From contig NC_068995.1 of assembly GCF_001194135.2 (NCBI RefSeq), forward strand, positions 13,838,333-13,902,332: a stretch of DNA of 64,000 nt, read 5' to 3'. This DNA comes from Octopus bimaculoides (taxonomy: Eukaryota). Positions 1 to 11,430 of the stretch are shown here, piece by piece. Position 1 is the first letter of the stretch. The number at the start of each line of letters is the position of its first letter. The notes beneath the pieces are model-generated. The model was not told the DNA's origin. It saw nothing but the letters and a program-made list of their open reading frames with translations, and ran no database searches. Position numbers and translations under genes: made by a program.

Positions 1-219
1 TTCAAGGTAAGGATTGAAGGTAATTTGGTTGCTATTTCTAGGTCAAACAGCCACATGGAGGTTAGCTTATTGACACTTTACTCTCTATCGAGCATTGGGC
101 AACCAGGACTTTCCTTCAGTTTTCAACCCACAGCCGTCTTTTAAGGTATGGGCTATCCAACCTTATTTGCCATGAGGGAAGGCCTGTCTCTCCCAGATCT
201 TGTTGGTTTTGAATTGTCA

Positions 220-425
220 TTTTTTGCTTCTAGATAGGGGTGTTAGCTCTATGCAAACCCATTTTTGTTTTTCCTCTGTGATGTGGTGGTCCTTATTAGT
301 CTGACTTCTATCCTTTGACCTGTCCAGCATGGGATGCCCTTCCAGGAGCTTGTACTTTGCTGGCATAGCTCTCATGGACATTGTGGAACACAAGCCACCA
401 TACTACAGCAAGAACTGGGCCTTGT
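220..425 (-). mobile_element. Degenerate 5'UTR remnant of an RTE-clade (Expander/BovB-like) LINE
   Basis: Minus strand reads cttgctgtagtatggtggcttgtgttccacaatgtccatgagagctatgccagc...gggcatcccatgctggacaggtcaaagg...gggtttgcatagagctaacaccctatc, resembling RTE 5' leaders as I recall them; no alignment run. Confidence 0.5.
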
Positions 426-879
426 GGTTTCCATATGATAATGTAGAAGTATGAGGCAAATAGAATATGTGTTAATGTAAATTCCTTCAAGAATTAGAAT
501 TAGCTTTTGAGAGTTGGAATATAATTGTTTAGTTCTTCTGCTTTCCAAATAAAGCTAGGAATAAGTTTCAAATTTAAAAAAAAACAAATTTAGTTTGTAG
601 TGAAGCAGCAGAGTCTGTGACCTTTGCAGGCTTTCTCTCGAACTAGTGGTGTTCATTTTGAACATCTGGAGGATAAAATGTGAACAGGGCAGAAACTAGG
701 AGGTAGGGCAGGTGGAGGGGTCTGATCAAGAAACAGTGTTTTTAAAAGAGTATATAAATTAACAGAGTAATAATCTTCTAGAAGGTTTATAGTTATGAAC
801 CTATAAACTTGATATTTAATAATTAGTAGTGTATATTCTGCATTTATATATCTGTATTTGAGTGGCAGTCTTTTATAAC

Positions 880-1075
880 TAACCACTGAAGAAAAACCAG
901 TAGCACTGGCAGAGAGAACCTTCAAATGCAGTTGCTGTATGTGTGACTACCACTCCTGTGTGGGACTCTACAGCCACAGCAGATGCTGCACCATCTTCAA
1001 CAACTGACACGATTTCTTCGGGTGCAGATCTATGGTCTCTCAAGACAGACGGATGCCTACTACTATATATAATTA
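880..1075 (+). mobile_element. 3' end remnant of an RTE-clade LINE (C-terminal Cys/His motif plus 3'UTR)
   Basis: 921-1007 translates FKCSCCMCDYHSCVGLYSHSRCCTIFNN*, matching the RTE C-terminal C..C.R.C.SRIGLYSH.R.C motif, followed by an RTE-like 3'UTR (gatctatggtctctcaagacagacggatgcc). Confidence 0.7.
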
Positions 1076-2114
1076 CTCTTTAATTTTAAATATTTAGTAT
1101 ATCCTATATATGTACAGTATATACAATGTAGGTAGTGGATTGGTGAATGCCAGTAATGGTATGATTGATGGTGTGGGACGACTAGATAGTGCACATTCCT
1201 CAGAACAAGTCCGTGGTTGATGTTAGTCTCAATATCGCTATTGTTACTGATGCTGCTACCCAGATTTACCTATCTGTCAACTGTCTAAATATAAAGCTAA
1301 CTGATCTTTAAGATTGTTGCTATTTGACGGTCATCATTTGCAATGTTCATCATTTTGGTCTTCTCCACAGACTCTCAGATCAATTCTTCATGTATTTTGT
1401 TCCAGTTCTGATGTGAGCTGCTATAGGATTTTATCATTTTCAGTGAGCAAGACAGTGTCATCAAGAAAGTCCAGGTCTTTCAGTCTAGTCTGTAGTTACT
1501 ATAGTATTTTTATATTGGGTACATTTTCTGTTTTCTTTAGGACAGTCTAATTCCAGTAAGAATGCTAAGATATCAGAGTGCATTTCAGTATTTGTTTTGG
1601 CTCTCTGCATTCTGAGTTCAAATCTTAGCAGAATCAGTTTTACTTTTCATCCTGGGTTTTGAAATGGCAAAGTTGTTAGTGTTAAATAAAATGCCTTTGG
1701 TATCTATCTATTCTAGCTGTTTGCATTCTGAGTTCAAATTCTGTTGCCTGTTACTGGTCTCATTATGGTAGGAGTGGTACCTTCAGCACCCAGTTACAGG
1801 TGATAAGCCTCAGTTACATCAGTTTCCAAAAATGAGTGGCACTTGAGCAGAATTAATCCTACTTATTCATCATCATTTTCATTTAATGTCCACTTTCCTT
1901 TGCTTGCATGGGTCTGACGGAATTTGATGAGGCAAATTCTTCTATGTCTGGATGCCTTTCCTGTCACCGACTTTCACTTGTTTCTAAGCACAGTAACGGT
2001 ACCCCCCACCATAATTAGACATGTTTTTCATGGAAGACTAGAAATGAACAACTTCACTTGTATGACAATGATGCTCATTTACAACCATCATGTGATGTCT
2101 AGACAACTGCGTAT

Positions 2115-2171
<57 letters not shown>

Positions 2172-2491
2172 NNNNNNNNNNNNNNNNNNNNNNNNNNNNN
2201 NNNNNNNNNNNNNNNNNNNNNNNNNNNNNNNNNNNNNNNNNNNNNNNNNNNNNNNNNNNNNNNNNNNNNNNNNNNNNNNNNNNNNNNNNNNNNNNNNNNN
2301 NNNNNNNNNNNNNNNNNNNNNNNNNNNNNNNNNNNNNNNNNNNNNNNNNNNNNNNNNNNNNNNNNNNNNNNNNNNNNNNNNNNNNNNNNNNNNNNNNNNN
2401 NNNNNNNNNNNNNNNNNNNNNNNNNNNNNNNNNNNNNNNNNNNNNNNNNNNNNNNNNNNNNNNNNNNNNNNTTCTCAGAAACATGATCATA

Positions 2492-2868
2492 GTGGCTGTG
2501 TGGTAAGTAGCTTGCTCACCAACCACATGGTTCCTGGTTCAGTCCCACTGCGTGGCACCTTGGGCAAGTGTCTTCTACTATAGCCTCGGGCCGACCAAAG
2601 CCTTGTGAGTGGATTTGGTAGACAGAAACTGAAAGAAGCCAGTCGTATATATATATATGTGTGTGTGTTTGTGTTTGTCCCCCTAGCATTGCTTGACAAC
2701 TGCTGCTGGTGTGTTTATGTCCCCGTAACTGAGCGGTTCGGCAAAAGAGACCGATAGAATGAGTACAAGGCTTACAAAGAATAAGTCCCGGGGTCGATTT
2801 GCTTGACTAAAGGCAGTGCTCCAGCATGGCCGCAGTCAAATGACTGAAACAAATAAGAGTAAAAAGAG
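2492..2868 (+). mobile_element. SINE family A, full-length young copy (tRNA-like head, CORE-like segment, TA/TG hinge, GAGTAAAA tail)
   Basis: A-box tggctgtgtgg, B-box ggttcagtccc, gtggcaccttgggcaagtgtc segment, internal (TA)(TG) microsatellite, tail aaatgactgaaac...gagtaaaaagag; many homologs in the window. Confidence 0.85.
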
Positions 2869-4489
2869 TATATACTTACTGGTGGGAAGGAGAACTTGAG
2901 ATCTCTAGAGCTGGTTGTTGAAAGACATATATATATATATATACGAGGTAATTTCACTTCTGCAATTGAATATACATCCAATAAATAAACATAAATAAAT
3001 TATACAGTTGATGTCAAACATGTGAATGGTTTTGATGATTTTTATGCCATTGGCAGTAATTTATGTAAATAATGCTTTATTTGTAATAATAGAAATGGTT
3101 GAATCTCCATGGGATGCTAAAATTGCTACCTGCTACTACTGCTGCTGCTATAAATACCTTTTGTAAACTATTATCGCTGCAGTCTGCCAGTGGATGTCAA
3201 TGGAACTTTTAGTAAATTAACGCCGGCTTTAAATTGACTTTCATCTTGGGTTATTTACACTTCGCTGCCATTCTGTTGTTGTTGTTGTTTCATGCTTCAG
3301 GTCAATTGTGATTGTGCAAATACACGATCAAAGGCATTTCAACTGTGATCAGCTTGTGTTTGATTTAAATGGTGTTTTTAGAAATACATTATCCAGTGTA
3401 CGTTACTTTTTCTTAAAGATGGTAAGGTGTTAGTTGAGGTTGATTTGGTTTCTGTTTGTAACAGTTTGAAACCAGATAGAGAGGCTCCCTTTTTCTCTCT
3501 CATTATCATGCTGTTGTTTGTCATGGCAACTCTATACTGTCTGTTAAGGAATGCATTTTTTCCCACTCTCCCATAGAATTTAGTATATCAGTGTCAGCCA
3601 ATGTTTAGATTTAGCATCATGGCAGGAAGTAGGATGAGATATAAAACTACCCTTCTGTGTAGGGTGCTCAATGATCTGGTTTCTTGTTACTCACAGTGAA
3701 GCGAATTAGACTAAAAAATGCAGTGTACTTTACAAATGCGCAACCTGCAGTAGATTTGATCTCAAGACCTGCAGGCTGATAACTCATAACCATATCAGCT
3801 CAGCTATTTTTTGATTCTATTCCTTGTTAGTGGATGGGGATATATTGCCTGGAAGAAACCTGTGCCTGCTGCATACCTTCATGACAAATGCATTTATGAT
3901 ACTATAACACACTTTCATAGCTGTTTTGTAAGGCTGACATTAAATGATGATGATGATTAAACTGTAATATTTACACATGTACCCAATATTTACAACAAAA
4001 GCACTCCTTGATATAACCAGAACACTCCACCCAGTCATTTCCTCTATAGCAAGAAAACCCCCTCAGCAAGTGATGCACCAACACTCTAATCCCTTACGTC
4101 ATTATACTGTCATTACATCAACACTCCTACCAAAGATTTAATACGCTCTGACAGAATGATGACTTGTCACATCAAGTTTATCTGGTCTTGTTTATATCTC
4201 TTGTCAGTTTTTTTTTTCTTTTCCTGGTTTAGTCAGAGGGTGAAGGGCAGCATTTGTGACCCTTTAATTTTTTCAGGTTCGCTGAGATTGTAGGAAGATG
4301 GGAGAAAATTATTCTCAAACTGGAGACCTGGTTCAAAGGATTTCTACAATGAGCTTTTGGATTTCAGAATTTCCAAAAATTCTGAAATCCCCAAAATTTA
4401 GCAGTTATTAACAGCATTTACAAGAAGCCCTCTACCATCAGTATTCATTATAGTCAATCCTAATATATAAATTATAAACCAATGAAGGA

Positions 4490-4670
4490 GCTTTTCTGCA
4501 GGCACTTGATCTACTAGAAATAGCAGCCAAATCTCCCTCAAATTGCATGCTGCTGTCTTAGAAAATGACATATTCAATAATGTGGTTCTAGGTGTACTGT
4601 ACTTGAGAATATGATAGAATGATCACAGATGAAGCACTTTTGATCATTTGTTAGCTTGATCAAACCTGAG
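4490..4670 (+). repeat. Family F dispersed repeat (gaaatagcagccaaatctccctcaaat motif, (CAA)n tail), unclassified retroposon
   Basis: Motif recurs near 20-55(-), 13200, 15410, 16000(-), 17690-17900(-), 18420-18460(-), 32640-32810(-), 34840-34990(-), 44450(-), 57590-57730. Confidence 0.65.
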
Positions 4671-4809
4671 ACACATGCACACTTACCTATGAAGTATGGA
4701 ATATAGAGCTTGACATCAAAAATCCCTTTCAGATGATTGCCAGAAAGGATATCTGGCTATAGAACATTTCAATAAGTATTTATCCAACCCCTATTATTGG
4801 CTTTTACTT

Positions 4810-5185
4810 GTGTTTGTTGGGCTGTGACCAAGCTTGGGTACCGACTTTAAGAATTTTAGTTGAAAACATTTTTTTTTTAAGTTCTTTTTTAGACTTATTC
4901 TGTTGGTCTCTTTTGTCAAACTGCTAAGTTATTGGGGCATAAACAAACCAGCACTAGTTGTCAAGCAGCGGTGAATGAGACACATACACATATGTATTGT
5001 TTGTGTACACGCACACACACACACACGCAATGATCTTCCTCACATTTTCTGTCTACCAAATTCACTCACAAGGTATTTGTCTATCTGGAGCTATTGTAGA
5101 AGACACTTGTTCAAGGTGCTGAGCACTGGGATTGAACCCAAAACCATGTGATTGCAAAGCGAGCTTCCTAACCACATGGCTATGC
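4810..5185 (-). mobile_element. SINE family A, diverged copy
   Basis: Contains gttgtcaagc, CA hinge, tctaccaaattcactcacaagg, agaagacacttg, cttaaccac. Confidence 0.75.
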
Positions 5186-6590
5186 CTGTGCCTATCAAGG
5201 AAGCAGAAAATGTGCACCAAATAGATAAAGTAATTAATTATTTGTAATCTGGTTTGGGCCTGTGTCAGCAGGATGTCTTACCTGGTTATACAAATTAGTC
5301 ATCATACTAAACATACTTATTAAATCATCTGACAAACATAAAAATAAATGACCTGCAATAAAATATATGAAAAATGTTTTCAACCACGCCAAACCTAATT
5401 CCATTAGTCACCGATACCAATATAAACATTAACACAAGCCTAACACCTGTAAACAAGCTGCAACAAATTAAAATATTACAAACAAGTACAGGCAGATAAC
5501 TATCAGCCAGTGAGGGATTGTCTGTATGGTTATGCAATCTGTGAGAAACAGCAACCAAATTATCTTCATATCACACCTTATTTCTTAAATAAAGGAGTGA
5601 CACTATAAGGTAGGGCAGCAAATAGGCAGAATCATTAGCATGGTGGATCAAATGCTTAGCATTTCTTCTGGTTTTATGTTCCAAGTTCAAATGCTGCCTA
5701 AGTCAGTTTTTGCTCTTTGGTCCTTTTGGGGTAGATGAAATAAGTGCCAGTTGAGCCGTGGGGTTGATGTAATTGACTTACCCCTTTTCTGGCCCTGTGC
5801 TAAAAATTAGAATATAATCATTGTGAAGGTGCATAGCTTAGTGGTTTGGGTGTTCAACTCCTGGTTGTAAGGTTTACCACTCGGCTATGCCGTGTCGCTC
5901 ATTGATACTTAGAAAGATTGGGTCTTTAATGGTTACATGTATGAGTAGTAGACATTACTCAGTGAAACCCAGTGTAGGATACTCATCATTTGTGTTGGTG
6001 CAGCTGTGACACATGTAAACATCTTTCATAAGAAAGACGCCTGACTGATAAAGGTGGAGTCTTTCGCCAATCTTCATTCTCTTCCCTACAGACACTGACT
6101 TTTTTTACTGCAGCTGCTTCTGTGCTTCTATGTTTCCACCAAAACCCACATGACATGCTCGTTTCTCCTCTTCTTACCCTACTTCAGTCTTTGTATTTAA
6201 ATCTGTTTTTTTCCCTCCAAGATGTTGAAATTTTTCTCTTTGCCTGTGCTTTTCTTGCAGTCATCGATAGCTTCAAGTTTAAAAAATAAGTACTGGGATT
6301 GATTTGTTTGATTAAACTCTAACATGGCCGCAGTCAATTGACTAAAGTAAATGATAAAAGATTTTAGGAAACTATAAGCAAATTCCTCTTTAGTGGTGAG
6401 ACTGATACCCTATCCTGTGTCTGTAATTCTATAGATATACTTACATACATACTTCCATTTACATTTGCAGGCAATCTTTGACATATATAAAAACAAACAA
6501 ACAAAAAAAAAAACCAGAAATAGATTTTCTTCTTATTCAGGAATTTGTTGTCTTAGATTTGCAGCTTATTTACACATTTATTTTGTTGTT

Positions 6591-7305
6591 TGGCAGAATC
6601 GTTAGCATGCTGGGCAAATTGCTTAGCAACATTTTGTCCATCTGTTGACTTTGCTTTTCATTCTTTTGGGGTCAATAAAATAAGTACCAGTCGAGCACTA
6701 GGGTCGATGTGATCGACTTGCACCCTCCCCCAAAATTTCAGGTCTTGTGCATGTAGCAGAAATATTTATTTTTATGGTCTACTTTGCTTTTTATCTTTTT
6801 GAGGTTGATAAAATAAGTACCAGCTGAACACTGGGGTTGATGTAATTGACTTCCCCCACCCCTAAAAATTGCTGGCCTTGTACCAAAATTTGAAACCATC
6901 ATCATCATTATCATCATTATTATTCAAATTCTGCTGAGGTTGACTTTACCTTTCATACCTTTCATACGGTTGGTCAAATAAGTACCAGTCGAGTACTGGG
7001 GTTGATGTAATCAACTATCCTCCTCTCTATCAAATTTCAGGTTTTGTGCCTGTAGCAGAAAGGGTTATTATTATATAATTAAAGGTGGTGAGCTGGCGGA
7101 ATCGTTAGTGCACTGGGCGAAATGCTGAGCAGTATTTGGCCCATCACTGCATTCTGAGTTCAAATTGCACTGAGGTCGACTTTACCTTTCCTCCTTTCGG
7201 GGTCGATAAATTATCAGTTGAGTATTGGGGTAAATGTAATCGACTGTCCCTGCTTCCCCCAAATTTCAGGCCTTGTGCCTATAATAGAAAGGATTATTAT
7301 TATTA
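6591..7305 (+). mobile_element. Head-to-tail array of four SINE family B copies
   Basis: Repeated gttgactttgc(c)ttt(c)atc...ataagtaccag...ctggggtcgatgtaatcgact...aaatttcagg units separated by (ATT/ATC)n tails; last copy 7082-7305 is complete with A-box and gagttcaaat B-box. Confidence 0.85.
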
Positions 7306-7633
7306 TATACCTCAGATCAGCTTTAGGTTCTGTATCATCTGAATTTTAAGTCTGTGATTTGATCATTTCCCAAACAGCGCATATGGTACTGCCTCTCCAC
7401 CAGATATGTTACATTTAGTTCTGAAAGAGCAACTAACTGCTTTGTAAGAGTTTTATTTTATATAGAGGGAGAATCAAATTTCAGTAGAGAGTTGACTATA
7501 TTTGACTTCATAATAGATGCTATTTCTCTGGATTATTAATAATATATTTTATTAATTTCTTCTCTGGTACACTTATACTAGATCTACACTTGCACACATG
7601 TGCACTGAATCGAATGAACTTCCACACATTCTT

Positions 7634-7676
<43 letters not shown>

Positions 7677-9619
7677 CTGAAGTGTATGCATATTCATTCT
7701 TGTACATACACATACACAACCACCATGTGAACAGTCACATTGTATACACACTTACATAACCACTCACCATATTATTGCACATGCACACATACACACACAT
7801 GCCTACTGAGATGAATTTTTTGATGCTTCTTGTTTATACTCATAGTATCTCATACATATTGATATTTTTTGTGTAAACACACACACGTATCACATGCTTA
7901 TACATACAGCCATGTATTTATAAATAAATGAATGCATTTTTAAAAGATCAGGAAGTAGAAATAACAAACTGATTTTAATGAAAAAAAAAAAAAATAGCAA
8001 AAATACTTTTGCAAGATTTTAAAATATTTATTTTATGAAATTTTATATCCAATAAATTTTCTTCAGCTATAAAAGAAATGGATTGGGGCAAAATGGTTAT
8101 AATTGCACACTGGTATGCATGGTTAAGATGTTTGTTTTGCAGCCTTGTGGTTTTAGATTCAGTTCCACTGCACACCACATTGTGATTGAAATCTAGTAGC
8201 CAGAAACTATTCGGAGGTCTGTTGTGTGCAAAATCGGTGCAACAAACAAAATACATGTGGTGTTTATTCTCTCAAACTTTTTTGTTTTCTTAAATGCTAA
8301 CTAGAACAAAGTAAGGGAATTCAGCTATTCAATAAATAAAAGGGCTGCTAGAAGAATATTACCCAATGGGGTGTGCAGATCAGAGATTAGGGAGTTTCTC
8401 AAGGTTGAGCCATTACTTCCTTCACTGTATTGAGAGGTCACATGGCTCTGATACTATGAACATGGTTAGAATGTTTGAGTCAAAAATTGCAGGGTTGATT
8501 TTCACAGGCAAGACCAACTGGTAGCTCTACTCCTAGGAGTAGACCATGGGAGAGCTGGTTGAATAATGTCCATAGTATCGGTTGCTCTCATTTGGGCACT
8601 TGGCTGGAACGCTTGCCAATGATTCCTTTGGATAGGACACTCTGGATGGCATGCCTTAGATCTGTGACTCCACAACCCTTAGAAGAATAGTGGCCTATGA
8701 AAGCAGAATCCTCATCATTTAATGCCCACTGTTCCATGTGTGCATGGGTGAGATGGAATTTGTTGAGGTAGGTTTTCTACAGCTGGATACTCTTCCTGTG
8801 ACCAATCCTCATCTGTTTCCAAGCAAGATAATATTTTCTCACAGCTAGACATCTTCATGGAAGACTGGAAACAAAACATTGCTTGAATTACAGTGATGCT
8901 TATTTACATTCCTCATGTAATGTCAAAACAAAGGTACACACAAACATATGTGCACACACCTACATACTATACATATATATTTGTATGACGGCCTTCTTCC
9001 AGTTTCCATCTACCAAATTCACTCACAAGCTTTGGTCAGCCCAGGGCTTTAGTTGAAGACACTTATGCAAGGTGCTGTGCAGTGGCACTGAACCCAAGAC
9101 TCTATGGTTAGGAAGCAAACTTCTCAACCATGCAGCTATATCAGTGCCTAATGCCAATACCTCAATAGATGGAAGTAAACAGATATCAGTAAAGTAAGCA
9201 CTAGGAAAAGTACTGGGACCTATATGGAGCAACTAAAAGATCTTGAGGGGTGTGACCCTCCCCCAGCAAGGTCACAGTTCAGAGACTGGAATCAGTGAAT
9301 GATTAACTGTACAGTAAAACTATGTATGAGATGTTTTAGTTCAGTATATTTTCAGATCAGACTGACTTGTTACTGCTATCTGTTATTCTGTGCTTTAGTG
9401 AAGGAAAGCATCTCAAACATACCTTATAGCTGAAACCCTAAACTTACCTTCATCTCGTCTAAAATTGCCTTCAAGTTATGTGTGCATGTAGTATATATTA
9501 AACAGGTGTCTGTGTATGTACGTGTATGTGTATTTGCCTATATATATATATATACACATACACACATATATATATATATATATATATCTATATATATATA
9601 TATATATCATTTAACATCG

Positions 9620-9656
<37 letters not shown>

Positions 9657-10451
9657 TTTAACATCGGTTTTATATATATATATANNNNNNNNNNNNNNNN
9701 NNNNNNNNNNNNNNNNNNNNNNNNNNNNNNNNNNNNNNNNNNNNNNNNNNNNNNNNNNNNNNNNNNNNNNNNNNNNNNNNNNNNNNNNNNNNNNNNNNNN
9801 NNNNNNNNNNNNNNNNNNNNNNNNNNNNNNNNNNNNNNNNNNNNNNNNNNNNNNNNNNNNNNNNNNNNNNNNNNNNNNNNNNNNNNNNNNNNNNNNNNNN
9901 NNNNNNNNNNNNNNNNNNNNNNNNNNNNNNNNNNNNNNNNNNNNNNNNNNNNNNNNNNNNNNNNNNNNNNNNNNNNNNNNNNNNNNNNNNNNNNNNNNNN
10001 NNNNNNNNNNNNNNNNNNNNNNNNNNNNNNNNNNNNNNNNNNNNNNNNNNNNNNNNNNNNNNNNNNNNNNNNNNNNNNNNNNNNNNNNNNNNNNNNNNNN
10101 NNNNNNNNNNNNNNNNNNNNNNNNNNNNNNNNNNNNNNNNNNNNNNNNNNNNNNNNNNNNNNNNNNNNNNNNNNNNNNNNNNNNNNNNNNNNNNNNNNNN
10201 NNNNNNNNNNNNNNNNNNNNNNNNNNNNNNNNNNNNNNNNNNNNNNNNNNNNNNNNNNNNNNNNNNNNNNNNNNNNNNNNNNNNNNNNNNNNNNNNNNNN
10301 NNNNNNNNNNNNNNNNNNNNNNNNNNNNNNNNNNNNNNNNNNNNNNNNNNNNNNNNNNNNNNNNNNNNNNNNNNNNNNNNNNNNNNNNNNNNNNNNNNNN
10401 NNNNNNNNNNNNNNNNNNNNNNNNNNNNNNNNNNNNNNNNNNNNNNNNNNN

Positions 10452-10507
<56 letters not shown>

Positions 10508-10964
10508 AAGAAAAGTTGTGTGGTTGCATGATTGAGTGTATGTGCATATTTTATCTATTTGTATGGCTTAATGTATGCTTGCATGTGTATACATACAGCA
10601 TGCGTGTGTAGTTTGCAAGAGAAAATTGTTTACCATTTGCTTAGATGTTTATGTATCCCTTTTCTCAGATTGCAACCTTTCAACTAAATATATATTTATA
10701 ATAATTATTCTTTCGTATAAAATATAAACAGAAAGCAGAGAATATTTCTCTACTGAGAAGCATGTTTAATGATATTATTCTAAGAATTCAGAAAACCCAT
10801 AACAAATATAAATATTTTTTGTATAAAAAAAAAAGGCCTTCTCATATTATTTATCATACACAAGTGTGGAAAAAAGATCAACATGAGGAAAGGAAAACCC
10901 TCAACAAAAAAAAAGTTTACTCATTAAAAATCTATTAGGAAAGGTGGAGGAATGATGTGGGTAT

Positions 10965-11305
10965 GGCTGTATGGTTAGGAAACTTGTTTTGGAACCATGT
11001 GGTCTTGGGTTCAGTTCTACTGTCTGACATCTCAGGCATGTACCTTCTATAGCCCTGGGTCAATCAATTTCTTGTGAGATAATTTAGTAGATGAAAAGTG
11101 TGTGTGCAATCATGGTGTGTGTTTTCTGTCACCACTTGACTTCCAGTGTTTGTTTGTTTACATCCCCATAGATTTGCAGTTCAGCAAAAGAGGCCAATAA
11201 AATAGGTTTGAAACTTTAAAAATTAGTACTGGGGTTGATTTGTTTGACTGAACCACTTTCAAGGTGGTACCCCAGCATGGTCAAAGTCCAATGACTAAAA
11301 CAAGA
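10965..11305 (+). mobile_element. SINE family A, diverged copy
   Basis: Head tatggctgtatggttagg, ggttcagttc, 3' part cccagcatggtc...aatgactaaaac. Confidence 0.7.
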
Positions 11306-11386
11306 AAGTGTGAGATAAATAAAATTCTAGTATTTCTGTGAGATGTGCTAAGTTGTAGAATAATTTGTGAACTTTTTATGACATTC

Positions 11387-11430
<44 letters not shown>

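Noticed and set aside
4359-4390. 14-bp perfect hairpin with 4-nt loop
   Set aside because: Real but short, AT-rich, isolated and not recurrent; no function supportable.
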